Below the pieces are notes generated by a model, which was given only the letters and a program-made list of their open reading frames with translations, was not told where the DNA came from and did no database searches. A stretch of DNA of 63,955 nucleotides, the filler included, from Hausera hauseri (taxonomy: Eukaryota): the NCBI GenBank assembly GCA_046269625.1. It is 11 parts of 11 records of this genome, joined end to end, with 100 filler letters (N's around TTAATTAATTAA, not from the genome) between each part and the next. Parts side by side here need not be neighbours in the genome. Positions count along the whole stretch, not along the records: positions 1 to 8,378 come from JBJURY010664329.1; positions 8,479 to 13,391 come from JBJURY010393145.1; 9 more parts are not named here. The stretch is one strand, 5' to 3'. The translations under genes and the position numbers were made by a program. Below are positions 1 to 11,382 of the stretch, in pieces; position 1 is the stretch's first letter; each line of letters starts with the position of its first letter.

Positions 1-432
1 CCTCTCCTTAATACAGTGCAGACGTCCTGTCCCATGTGTAGAAAATCACCCGCAACGCATGATGCTTCCACCTCCATGCTACACAGTAGGGATGGTGTTT
101 TTGGGATGGTACTCATCATTCTTCGACCTCAAACAGGTGCTTCTAATTTAGAAGAATAAGTGGAGTGGTGGTGGACTTTTTAGAGGTGGACTAACAGGTC
201 TTTGAGGTCCAGAATTGTTGTTGATTGGCAGGTGTTCAAATATTTATTTGCAGCAGTAACACACAAATAATTAAAAAATCATACATTGTGATTTCTGGAC
301 TTTTTTTTTTTTAGATCATGTCTCTCACAGTGGACATGCACCTAAGATGAACATTTCAGACCCCTCCATGATTTCTACGTGGGAGAACTTGCAAAGTCAC
401 AGGGTGTTCAGATACTGATTTTCCTCACTGTA
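1..432 (-). mobile_element. Internally deleted Tc1-type DNA transposon remnant (fish-type) with one terminal repeat
   Basis: Minus strand of ~10-85 reads HGGGSIMRCG*FSTHGTGRLHCI, matching the Tc1 KHGGGSIMLWGCFS..GTG motif. The element ends in ...ttcctcactg followed by TA at 431-432, a Tc1 CAGTG terminus plus TA target site. Confidence 0.8.
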
Positions 433-606
433 CCTTCAACAACGCTGGGAGAAACACAACCATCTCGTGTCCAGAACACTTTTACATCCAGATGTTTGTA
501 AAATCTGCCGTCAGCTTCCTACTGATGTTTGACTGTCCCAGTTGTGAAGTGTAGGACTCACATGAGAGGAGGAGGACCTGCACAGAGACAATGTACAAGA
601 ACATAC

Positions 607-872
607 TTTTTTTTCATTTACCCTTTATTTATCCAGGTAGTCTCATTGAGCCACGAGAACTCATTTTCAAGAGAGACCTGTTCAGGGAGCAGATGGTGGG
701 GGTAAGGGCCTTGCTCAGGGGCCCAGGATGGAGTGAATGAGGGTGGATGTCAGGTGTGGGTGCTTCACCTTTTCCACCCACATTTTTTTAATGTTGTCTG
801 TACTGGGGCTTGAACCGGCAATCTTCCGATCACAGGCCCACCTTCTCTATCCTCTGCGCCACCACTCCACCC
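607..872 (-). mobile_element. tRNA-derived SINE with LINE2-like 3' tail
   Basis: On the minus strand: Pol III A box (TGGCGCAGAGG), B box (GGTTCAAGCC), a CCTGAGCAAGGCCCTTACCC core, then an ACCTGGATAAATAAAGGGTAAATG tail and an A run. Confidence 0.75.
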
Positions 873-1692
873 AAAGAGCTATTTAATAGGAAAACCTGAA
901 CTTTGATAATGTGCAGTATAGAGAAAGAGTGGGCTAAAGTTGTTTTGAATAAAATAAAACTATTTTCATACCTTCTAGCTGGTTTCTGGCTCCCTCAACC
1001 CTGGCAGGAGGTGCAGCTGTCTGAAAGATCCCGTGCTTGTGGGTTGTGGCAGCACGATGATACTGTAAGATCAGGCTAGGAAGTCATATGAAGGTGGAGT
1101 CATGATGTCTCGTTTGGGATGGCAGGTTGTAGACCACCAGTGGTGTGTGGTCTCTGTGTGGTCCAGCAGCTTTCATGGTTCAGTTTGGATCAACAGATCA
1201 TGAAGGTGCTGTTCAGGTCTTGTTGGTTGTGTTTATGTCGAGGAAGCTTGGAGATGTTGTCACCAAGGAGACAGGAGACCTTCCTGTCTCCAGCAAATAC
1301 ATTTGACAATAAACACGTTTTTTAGACGCACAGGCCACAATATGTTCAAACCAATTGTAATGTAAATTAGTATTTATGTGTATTTTATCAATACATGTAT
1401 TTAAATGGATGTAAATACATTTTCATCCAAAAATGTTGCAATCTGAAAACTTTGCTTTGAAATAATACATTTATATGAAAAACTTAGTGTTCAATAAAAA
1501 CTATTTGCATTGATCTAGAAGTGTCTTATAAAAATGTCTGTATGTGTAAAAAATGTGCCATTCTCTGAAACAGTCTATTTATCTGTAAAAACAGTCATGA
1601 CCAATGATACTTTGTCTCACAGGTTAAAAATGTGTCCAAACCAAATTCAGTAGCAAACACCTGTTAGGATTGTTACATCTCACCTGACCTCT

Positions 1693-3385
1693 TCATGATT
1701 GGTTGGACAACACACAGAAAACAGGGTTGTGGTAACTGTAATAAGTTCTCATGACCCCAGAATGGAGGCTTCGCTGTGGCTGAGAAATAAAAACAAGGTC
1801 AAGCAGCGTGTTCTTGTCTGTGGTGGCAGCAGTGATCACCTGTTCATACCCTCTTGACTGAAACAGCTGCAGGATCGGTTTCCTTCCACCTAATAACTGG
1901 TTCTCATTGAAATCTCCACACACAATTACTGGATGGCAGTCCATCACTTCTAGTGACTCTAAAAGACTTACCATGTTTTCCAAGAATGGTCTGGAACTGT
2001 AGCCTGGAGGTTTGTACACGACTGCTATCAGGGCAGGAAACGGAGCTTCAACCTTCAAAACCAAAAACTCAAGATCAGTCACATTATGTAGGTACTGTTT
2101 TTCACGGACCTGAACGTGGTTTTTCACATAAACAGCAACTCCGCCTCCACTTCTGTGAGCCATCTCAGGACAGTTAGTGTAGGACACATGTCTGTTGCGT
2201 TTGAACATGTTATATCCATCCAGATGAAGACTTTCTGCCACAAAAGAGCCTTGTAGGTGAGTTTCTGAGAGACACAGTACATCTGATAGACCCAGTTCAT
2301 GATAACTCTTCAGGTCACTGATGTGAGATGGTAAACCTTCTGTGTTATGGTGAACAATGGTTAGAGTGTCTGGTCTGTTTACAGGTTCTCTCAGAAGAAG
2401 AAGAGGCATCATCTCCTCCACACTGGCCTGTCTCATGGTCTGCAGCGCTGCAGTGACTTCAGGATTTGCGTAGATTTTAGTCTCATCCAGATCTAGTAAA
2501 TACAATCCAATGAGAGAGGTCACACGACTAAGGGCCACATATGCCATTCCAGGTTCAAAGATGTTCTTCAGTGAGACCACAGCTGCTTGTGTTGTTAGGC
2601 CCTGGGTTTTGTGGACAGTGCAGGAGAATGCCAGCTTGACAGGAAACTGCCTACGTACCGCTCCTCTTTGTTTCAGGTTATCCTCTGCTCTCTCAATGTA
2701 TACCAGATCGTCAGATTCTGAAGCTCCACTGAGGTTGTTTCTCACCGATGCGTGGTTGTCCATTCTGAGTCCAAGTTTAATGACGTGTTGATCATTTTCT
2801 GAACGTACCACTCTGATTAGTTGTCCAAAAGCACCATTGACCAAACCGTTCTGTATGTTGATGTTTCTGGTGAGCATGACCCGTGCTCCTTCAGCCACTC
2901 TCAGAGAGTCAGGTAAATCACCTCGGCCGCCTTTCAAAGGTTGATCCCGTCGAGACATTTTGCCGGTTCGTGGGTCCTTCTGGAAATCATCTGCATCAAC
3001 CGTGATAATATTAGAGTGAAACCGTTCCAAAGTCGCAGAGTTGTGGGCTTCTACTTTCTTATTGGTTGCAAAAATGTGCAGGGCATCAGTGGGACAGTGT
3101 TCTGGTTCAGTGATGGTGTGTGACAACAAACCTTTGTCAGCCTGAGAGAGCTCATCTGTCCTTTCTTTCACCCGAATCCGGTTCAGCATCTCTGCAAAGG
3201 CAACATCATCTTTCTGACGCATAATCTCAGTGAGCGTGATCATTTGAAAATGTTCATGCCAAAGGTCAATTTCTGCAGGGTCAAACACACAGAGAGGTTT
3301 GGACTGTCTCACCGGTGGCAGCTGATAAAAGTCTCCAACAGCTAAAACTGACATTCCACCAAATGGTCTCTGACTGCCTTTAATC
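1693..3385 (-). pseudogene. Helentron Pif1 helicase C-terminal half fused to apurinic (exo/endo/phos) endonuclease
   Basis: Helicase motifs IKGSQRPFGGMSVLAVGDFYQLPPV, LTEIMRQ, RRQFPVKLAFSCTVHKTQG and YVALSRV. Endonuclease motifs HHNTEG, LCLSETHL, GGGVAVYVK, CGDFN, LDLVF and YSYHNPV. Confidence 0.92.
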
Positions 3386-5108
3386 CAGGGGTCTCAAACT
3401 CAATATACCCGGGGGCCGCTGGAGGCAGAGTCTGGGTGAGGCTGGGCCGCATAAAGGATTCCACAAAAAACATTTTTAAAAAATCCTCAAATGTCATCAA
3501 CAGTTAATTATTTCTCCAATACATGAACTGTCCTGAACACATGGAACATTGAATGAAGATCATGGACAGTTCTTCAGAACATGACTTCTCCAGCTTTACT
3601 CCTTGCTGCCAGAGACTTGACAACGCTTCCTCTCACATATCTGAGCCACATTTGGCTTGAGAGAGGAGGCACTTGAGACCCTCAGTATGGCTTGAAGATG
3701 ATCATCAGTAAGTCTGGACCTGTACTTGGACTTGTTAAAGTTCAGGGTGGAGAAGAACTTTTCGCACAAATATGTGCTCCCAAAAAGGCACATGGTCCGC
3801 TTGAACATTCGGGAAAGCTCGGGGAAGCTGGGGGGCAATTCTCTCAAAAATTGCCCATGCTTGTCTGCTTTTCCATTCACCTCCCTAAATTTGGCCTTGA
3901 GCTCAGAGTTGCATTGCAGATCAATAAGCTCCATTTGAAGCACAGGAGGGGCATCTTGCACATCAAAGGTGAAGGGGTCTGCAAAAATTTGAAAAGTGGC
4001 TCTGTGCATCTTGAAGTCTGCAAATCTGTGATCAAATTCCTTCTGTAGCTTCAAAATAGCATCAACATACTTCTCACCACTGAATGGTGTGCCTGCATCC
4101 ACAAGTGCCTTGCATGCTGGGAAATGGCAAAGGTTTGTCTGAGAGAGCTGGGCTTTCCATAACACACATTTTGTGGAGAATGCTCTCACGTTGTCATAGG
4201 TAGCACTGACAAGCTGCCCCTCACCTTGTAACTTTTTGTTTAGTACATTCAGCTCATGTGTGATATCGACAAGAAAAGCGAAGTCCATGAAAACATTATC
4301 ACAAAAACATTATTAGTTTAAGATTTAATTGTTTAACAAGATACCAAAGCATTATCATAATAATGAGGCTTAAGGTAAATATACTGATGCTCAATGAAAA
4401 CACTTCAGTGCTATTTTTATTAATAAAAGAAATGAAAGACCCTGTTTTTAACATTTTTACAACCACTTTATGTACCAATGGGTTTTAAAAATAACATATT
4501 GGAAAATGTTATGGTGTATTCTAAATTTAAGATAAGTTAAAGATTATAATATATTAATTTTTATAAAATTATTCTTAAAATAAATTTAAATTTTATTTAT
4601 TATGCACAAGTTAATAACGTTAATACATCTGTCAGTCACAGAAATTATCCATGAAACCAGCTGAAGTTAACATTTATTCCTAAAATTTTGTAGATAAAAA
4701 AAAGTAAATGTTACCATATCTCTGGAAATGCGTTCAGGAAGTGTTACGGCCAATCACAAAGGACGCCAGCTGGATCCGCCCACCAACTGCCAAAAATGTG
4801 AACCGCGAGTGAAACAGACAGCAAGGGAGTACATACATTTTCCACGCAAGCTGGCTATTACGTCTCTCTGCACGCGTGCGCGCACGCTCAGATCTCTTTT
4901 CTATGCTATCGAGCATCTCCATTTTGCGAGATTTGGCACAATTTAGACACGATAGGCTGTAATGCAGCCGTTGGATTGAGACACAGCTCGAATGTCAGCC
5001 ATGATGAGAAATGGTGGGCGGGACTTCCTTCCGGTGGGCGGGACTTCCTTCAGAGTTCTCCCTGTGGGCCGCACTAATATTATACTTTCATATCATGGTG
5101 GGGGCCGC
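3386..5108 (-). mobile_element. hAT (Charlie/SPIN/Buster-like) DNA transposon, internally deleted, inserted in the Helentron helicase
   Basis: Terminus CAGGGGTCTCAAACTC at 3386. GGGCCGC subterminal motifs occur at both ends (~3413, 3444, 5066, 5102). Contains a transposase C-terminal ORF. The second terminal repeat is missing. Confidence 0.85.
3596..4288 (-). pseudogene. hAT transposase C-terminal fragment (GTF2IRD2-like, hAT dimerisation domain)
   Basis: DFAFLVDITHELNVLNKKLQG, LQMELIDLQC and FGSTYLCEKFFSTLNFNKSKYRSRLTDDHL. Confidence 0.9.
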
Positions 5109-7620
5109 TGTTCACACCTTACCTCGTCCAGCTGGTTACCAAGTCCTTGAATTGGTGGTTTCAGGCTTCTCGGCAGTTTGAGGAGAGAGTGCAGTGTTGT
5201 CCCACAAATGTTGAAGGCTGCAGTTCCAGTGAAAGACGTCAACAGAACAGTTGGATTGGATAAATCGGCCTCCTCTGCGTTTGCAGGCAGTCTGCTCAGT
5301 ATCTTAGATGCTTCAGAGTGAATGCATTTAATCAGATGGGACTTTCCTGTTCCTGCACCACCGTTGATGTAGTAGAAAAATGGATGTGGGTTTAAGCCAC
5401 ACACTCGTTTCAGGCACCAGTCTCTGACTGCATAGAACACACAGGCCTGCTTCTGGTTCAGATTCTGGTACATCTGACGTAACACAGAGGGATCAGTGGA
5501 AGGTGGTTCTCTGACGGCTCTGACTTCTGTTACAACATCAGCGTTGTAGTCCGGCACATTTTCCTGTTCGTTCTGATCGTCTGCTTGTCCTCTCTCTACC
5601 TCATCACACTGCAACCTCACAACTTCTGATTCAGGGGCAAGATTACACCACTCGTCCATGATAGTGTTTCTGTTTTGTTCAAATTCTTCCAAAGCTTCTT
5701 TGATTTCATCTGAGCTTCCTTCATATTTCTCTTTGTTTCTCAGAACAATGACTTTCACATACTCGGGATCATCTGAACCTGGTAGTTTGACCCACGCAGA
5801 GTTGTAAAAGGACTGAAATGTTGGAAAATTCTGTGTCTTCAGTTCCTGCTCTGATCGGTGAGGAAGATATAGTCTTAATAATCGTCCACAAAACTCTTCG
5901 GGGTGTTTTTCCTCAGAACAGTGGTAATATCTGATAACAGCTGGCTTATCATTCTTACGTCTTTGCACGTATCCCAGCTGATTGAGGAGAGGCAGCACAC
6001 CTTTCCGTTTTGCTTCTTCAGAACCGACAATTCTACACGTTGCTGCAAAATCTGCTAAGCACATTTCCTCATACTCAGGTGTCTCAGGTCTGGCTTTGTA
6101 CCTGTCATTCAAACTTGTCATCCAAATATTGTGACTGTCTGGTGTTGTGCTCTCCAGGAAAGACATGGGGCGACTCATTTTCACAGGATTATCATCAGTT
6201 GGTACAAACACTACACTACGGGAACTTTTTTTCATGTGTAGGCCACATGCACGAGTCACACACTCCTGAGCGCTGATTTCTCTCTTTTTGGAATAAGCCT
6301 GCATGACTGCCTTCATCTCATTACACTCATTGACCCGGTCCATGTTGGCAGTATCTATGACAACTTTAAGGTACTGAGAGAGTGAACTTTCCTTTTTTGT
6401 GATGTATTTGGTCAGGTACATTACACATGAATAAACAGTCAGAATGAATGAAACATCAATGTTACTGTCCCAGGCTTCCAGAAGATGTGGGTTGTAGTTG
6501 TTTATCCAACTGTCTTTTGGATTGCGCTTCATTATGATTGTAGTTTTTTGGAACATGCATTGAAGACATTCTTCATACACTTCTATTGTCAGGTTACATT
6601 GAGACAGAATCTCCTGTAAACTCATTGATGCTGCTTCAGGTTCATTTAACAGCTTCATCAAAGGTTCCAGTTTCCTTTTTGCATCTGCAGTGTCCTGACT
6701 CTCTTCACATCTGGTGTTCATTGTCCTTGTGCAGGGGGGTTTAGGGAAACCAAATCGACATCCAGAGTTCACACTCTTAAAACAGGTTTTAGTGTGGTTC
6801 CTGCTGTGTTTCTGTACTTCAGTTACCTTCTTGTACAGTTCAGGTTGTGTGTCTGGGTCAGGCAGTTGGGCTGAGATGTATCTGTCCACAAAGTCACAGA
6901 CTGTCTGATCATCATCTTTCTCTACATCAGGGGCAGATCTTGTCCAGATCAGAGCATGCACGTGGGGGCTGCCTCTGTGCTGAAACTCTATTCTGTAGAA
7001 GAAATCGAAGATCTCACCGAGTGGCTGAGCAGGAGAAAAAAGCAAGTCTCTGAACAATGCTTCAACACGCTTATCAAACATGTGCATGGTTGTTACTGGA
7101 TTTGATCTTAGTATATCACACTTTTCTGACCAGTTGAGCCCTTCAAAGTCAACGTCTTCACCTTGTTGTCTTTTGATAGCTGTAATCACTTCAGGCCATC
7201 TCATCTCAGCAGCAGAAAATGTGCAGAAGAATGTAGGAGTTCCCAGCTGTCTGATCATAGCAAACAACTCTTTGGTTGTCTTCTCCCAATAAGCAGGTGT
7301 TCCTCTTAATGGCTGCATGAACCTGGTTGCATCTTTATTTCTCACCAGCCTCTCAACCTCTTGCTTGTTTTGCAGCATACCAGATGTTATCCGTCGGCCA
7401 TCTTTGCTCAAAGTTTTGCCTTTCCTTAACTGTATGGTCATGCTGGCTTTAGCCAGATGGATCTCGGTTACAAACTGTGCAAAGAACAAGTAGTTGGTGT
7501 CTCTGGCAAATCGATCATCAACATTAAAAAGTCTGGACTTGAAATAACCGCTCGGTGTGACTTTAATACGTCTCCTTTCATCCAGAGTGTTCTGACCTGT
7601 AGGGAACTGAACAGGAAAAA
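5109..7620 (-). pseudogene. Helentron HUH Rep domain and Pif1 helicase N-terminus
   Basis: [36 protein letters not shown] (HUH), [10 protein letters not shown] (catalytic Tyr pair), Walker A GGAGTGKS and [18 protein letters not shown]. Confidence 0.92.
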
Positions 7621-8378
7621 GCCATGGCTTCCAGTTTAGGTGTTCGGAAAAAACTAACTGGATTGTTCCCTTCAGCAGGTGCCACACAGTAAGTGTTATC
7701 ACTGTAACACAGGATCTCTTCAGAAACATCTAGAGGCTGAAGGCATGACTCTAAAGCAAATCCTCCGTTTGGTAAATCACTTTCTTCTCCATCATTTTCC
7801 TCATCATTCTGTTCTCTCTCTTCATTTTGTAAATGTTCTTCCTCTTCACAAGACATGTCAACATCTGAGTCACTTTCATTTTCTGCTTCACACATTGCAG
7901 CCTTCTCACACAATGTCCATTAAATCTTCCTCATCATAGTCGTCATCTCCCATACTTGTGTCATCATCATCATCGTCATTTAAAGTTGGGTCACAGAGCA
8001 AAGGTTCATCTCTGACTATTACATCCTGATACTGTGGGTGGATCTGTTTTAATTTGTGCAGTGCTTGAATCAGTTTAGACCAGGTTACAGTCTGGAACAG
8101 CTGGTGACCTTTGTAACACAAGCGTCTCTTCAGTTTCACTCTCATGACCTGAGACTCACTTCTCAGTCTGGGTAAGGCATCGACAGTCTCCTGAACTTCT
8201 GCTGGAACACATACAACGTTTCCCCTGATGAGGTTCTGTCGGCCTTTAGGAAGAGGAATAATCTTTGCAAAAGGAATGCCTTTAGAAATCAGATGTCTCT
8301 CCATGATGTTCAGGTCTTTGAGTTCAGGAGGCATTTCTGAAAGGCCCATTTCATTTGCAACAGATAGAGTTGGGATCA
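7578..8378 (-). pseudogene. Helentron N-terminal region (DUF6570-like domain plus acidic linker), frameshifted
   Basis: PPELKDLNIMERHLIS..IPFAKIIPLPKGRQ..IRGNVVCVP is typical of Helitron N-termini. It continues through frameshifts near 7906 and 7620. Confidence 0.8.
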
Positions 8379-8478
8379 NNNNNNNNNNNNNNNNNNNNNN
8401 NNNNNNNNNNNNNNNNNNNNNNTTAATTAATTAANNNNNNNNNNNNNNNNNNNNNNNNNNNNNNNNNNNNNNNNNNNN
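8379..8478. other. Artificial contig linker (first of ten; others at 13392-13491, 17730-17829, 22060-22159, 28370-28469, 32667-32766, 36745-36844, 46004-46103, 52058-52157, 59867-59966)
   Basis: Identical 44 N + TTAATTAATTAA + 44 N, with stops in all six frames. Sequence content changes abruptly across each linker. Confidence 0.98.
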
Positions 8479-8899
8479 TCTGCTACTGTAGAAGACAGCT
8501 AATTCTTCTGACATTCAAAAAATGAAACATTTATTCCATTTCAGAAGATAAAACGATAACATTTTCATTGTTACCATTACAAGTCATTACTTCCACTATC
8601 CACCCTGCTGCTACTAACTTCCACTACCACCTTACTACTACGTTTTCTTATTCGTTTCAGCGGAACATGGATTCATCGTTGTAAATTTCAATTTCTGAAG
8701 ATCCAATGCATGTTATCTGTATTTTGCTCCACGATGTGACTGTCGGTTTGATTTCTTTGTTAAGAGGCCGCCACCAGGTTGCTCATGGTCTCCTAACCCC
8801 CATACATATGTTCTTGCGGGTTCTACATTAGTGAATATCAGGCAATATTATATTTGTCTCAGCACTTTGTTTCTGCATTGAAAGTTTCTGTCGTAGCTA

Positions 8900-10010
8900 T
8901 TTCTTCAAAGCAACCCTCCTCCTCCTATGCAGCAGTCTCTGTATTTAAGATGTTCCAGCTAGCGGCTGTAGACCACTGTAAAATGATCACTCTCCATAAC
9001 TTATCAATTTTCTTGTTTATTAACATAAATATGTGTCCAACCACTTGTTACTTGGCAAAGCATGTATCAGCTTGTGCTACAATTTACCAGTGCCTAACAA
9101 TATTTTACCATTAACCGTTTAATGAATTTTTTATCATCGAGGGTCCTTTATAGTCAAAACAACTTTTACTGAGAAATCATATTGCCGAACCAGTTTATGC
9201 GTTCTCCGCATAATACGTTTGTCAAACGTGCAACCGCCGGTCTTGAAAGAAAAGCGTCTATAATAATCTTCAATTTTAAATGCCTTATGCGACTAGATCC
9301 TGGCGATCTGATGATATAAATAACTGAAACATTTTCCTTGTCGAAGGCTTCGGTAGAATTTCTCGTGTTTGATCACCTCGATGGCAATTATCACTCGATT
9401 AGTACTATATCTAATTTTAAAAATGTTATTATGAAGGAACGTATGGTCAAACGCGAGGCTATGTTCCGATTCTAAATTAATCAGATCTCTTATGGATGAC
9501 TCTTTATTTGTGGTTTTTACTTGAAATTGACCAGCGATACTATAGAGATTGATCGAATGGAAGCGTTCTGACAAGATTAATATATCCGTGAGGAAGAATG
9601 ATGTAGCTTTTATGATTTGCAATAAAGCAAGTGATAGATTAGCCATGCTATAGCCGTTTAAATTGTTGGGGATTTGTTGGGTTTGTGGGTATTTAAGACT
9701 CGTCATGTAGTCATTGTGTGAGACAATATTAATTTGTCAGATTTGCGTTTATAACATGGTTTTTGGCATTATTGTGCCAATGTGTGGATCGGCTAACTGC
9801 TTGAATTTGATGAAAAGTTGCGGTTGATACTATAAAGAATAAAGTCAGTGGTTGAATAGATGTAATACTTAAACATAACGCAACAGTTATCATATATATT
9901 TCTACGGTAATTATCTTGATTTTGTTTACATTAAAGTTAAAGCCGGAGATAACCAGATGACATTTGGTTATCTCTGAACTTGGGGCTGCACCACTTGCAG
10001 TTTTTCTCAT
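8900..10010 (-). pseudogene. Additional decayed ORFs of unknown function downstream of the membrane protein
   Basis: ORFs 9729-10010 (hydrophobic) and 9293-9706 lie on the element strand. No family is recognised with confidence. Confidence 0.3.
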
Positions 10011-10016
10011 TAATTA

Positions 10017-11382
10017 TCAGTTGGGATTGTTTGTATCTAACTGGTTCGTTATATCGTGAATGTTAATTCTGACCCAGCTCCACATGCTTTTGCGTCGTAC
10101 CAATAGTACCTAAATTGATATTACCACTATTGCTATGAATTCCACAAGTACTATTGAACCAATCAATATTATCTTTAGGTGAGAGTGCTTATATCCTGCT
10201 CTTGAGGGTCTTTTGGTTACTCTATTATAGGTTGTGATTATCTTATGGTAATTCTAAATTTTTTTCTCCTCTTGTGAGCGCCGATATTATCTTGGTAAAT
10301 GTTATTTTATCATTATCATCTAACAACTGTAAATGACCGTATACCTTGTATTCAGGTCTAAGGCTGCACATGTCACTATTAAATTGTCAGGAGTTGACTC
10401 CTTTTGCAACTACTGTATCCTGTTTTGTACAACTAAGCTTGACTTGCACGAAATCGAGATCTGGTTTTATAGAGATGATTAATACAGTAGGGGCTGATAT
10501 AATTGTTACATTATCCCATGTAGACCGTTTTTGTCGATGGTAAGAAGCATAGGACTTAATTAAAATAGTCATCTCCCTTTATCAGCCGAGGAGTGAACAA
10601 CCAATGTCGTGGTCGTTTCTTGTATTTTGTCATATTCTTTTTGATTTTCGTAACGTATATACATCGTTGATCCTTCGCGTTTAAGCTATTTAACAGCTTG
10701 TCGTATTCCTTTCGAGATAGGGTATAGTTAACACTGTATATTCTTCCTCCTGTCACGTTACAACAAACTTGCTGCTGTTCATCAATAATTTTACATTTTA
10801 TTATTGCCTGGGTTATGGTTTCTCTTATCGTCACGGTTATCCATCGTATATACTCCAACTCTATCATTGTTATGATTTCGATGCCACTTCTTCCGATTTT
10901 AAATCCCATCGACCTTGCGATCAACTGGTTGAGTATTATTTCATCTAATAAAGTTTCATTCATTTGCCGTCTTATAGGGATCTTTACTTATCTATAAAAT
11001 TTAGTGTACTGACTCCTATAGAAATCTCCTTTCTTCTTAATAAACGTAACATATACGTAATGAACACCTGAGTTTTCCACTATACACTGTTTCGTTGATC
11101 CTTGAATGAAGCAAGCAGTCATACTGTCGTTTACTGAGATCTCTTCTATTATCATCCCATGGTATCACCTGTATTCTTATCATGTACTCCGAGGGCTATT
11201 GTTGTAGGATGCTCCAGATCATACTTTTCTGACCTTTCCTTGAATACGTTATACTGTATTGTAGAGTTTTCATTAACATGTCTTCTTTTGTAACCGGTGC
11301 ATCTTATTTTAGCCTGTTCGATTTCCTGTTTAGTCATTTGTCCTAGTATTTCAGGAAGAAATATGATAAAAATTAATAACAT
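10017..11382 (-). pseudogene. Post-integrase type I membrane protein (signal peptide, Cys-patterned FN3-like repeats, transmembrane helix)
   Basis: MLLIFIIFLPEILG|Q lies in frame with the integrase tail (ORF 11152-11649). Repeats TACFIQGSTKQCIVENSGVHYVYVTF, KCKIIDEQQQVCCNVTGGRIYSVNY and CSLRPEYKVY follow. TM IILIGSIVLVEFIAIVVISI*VLLV then RRK at ~10090-10175. Confidence 0.6.

Larger units (their letters stand above)
1693..8378 (-). mobile_element. Helentron (endonuclease-bearing Helitron) RepHel-EN gene, frameshifted and interrupted
   Basis: ORF pieces 7906-8349, 7578-7913, 5093-7729 and 1693-3354 give the N-terminal Helitron domain, HUH Rep, Pif1 helicase and AP endonuclease in order. The gene runs off the contig at 8378. 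Confidence 0.92.

Noticed and set aside
5093-7729. 878-aa ORF as an intact protein
   Set aside because: Its first ~35 residues are out of frame with the true Helentron protein and its last residues read into the hAT insert.
8379-8478. TTAATTAATTAA palindrome recurring ten times as a possible biological repeat
   Set aside because: It is always centred in 44+44 Ns, so it is an artificial six-frame-stop linker.
8479-8900. 3' LTR or polypurine tract of the Gypsy element
   Set aside because: There is no second copy to compare and no clear PPT-TG boundary.
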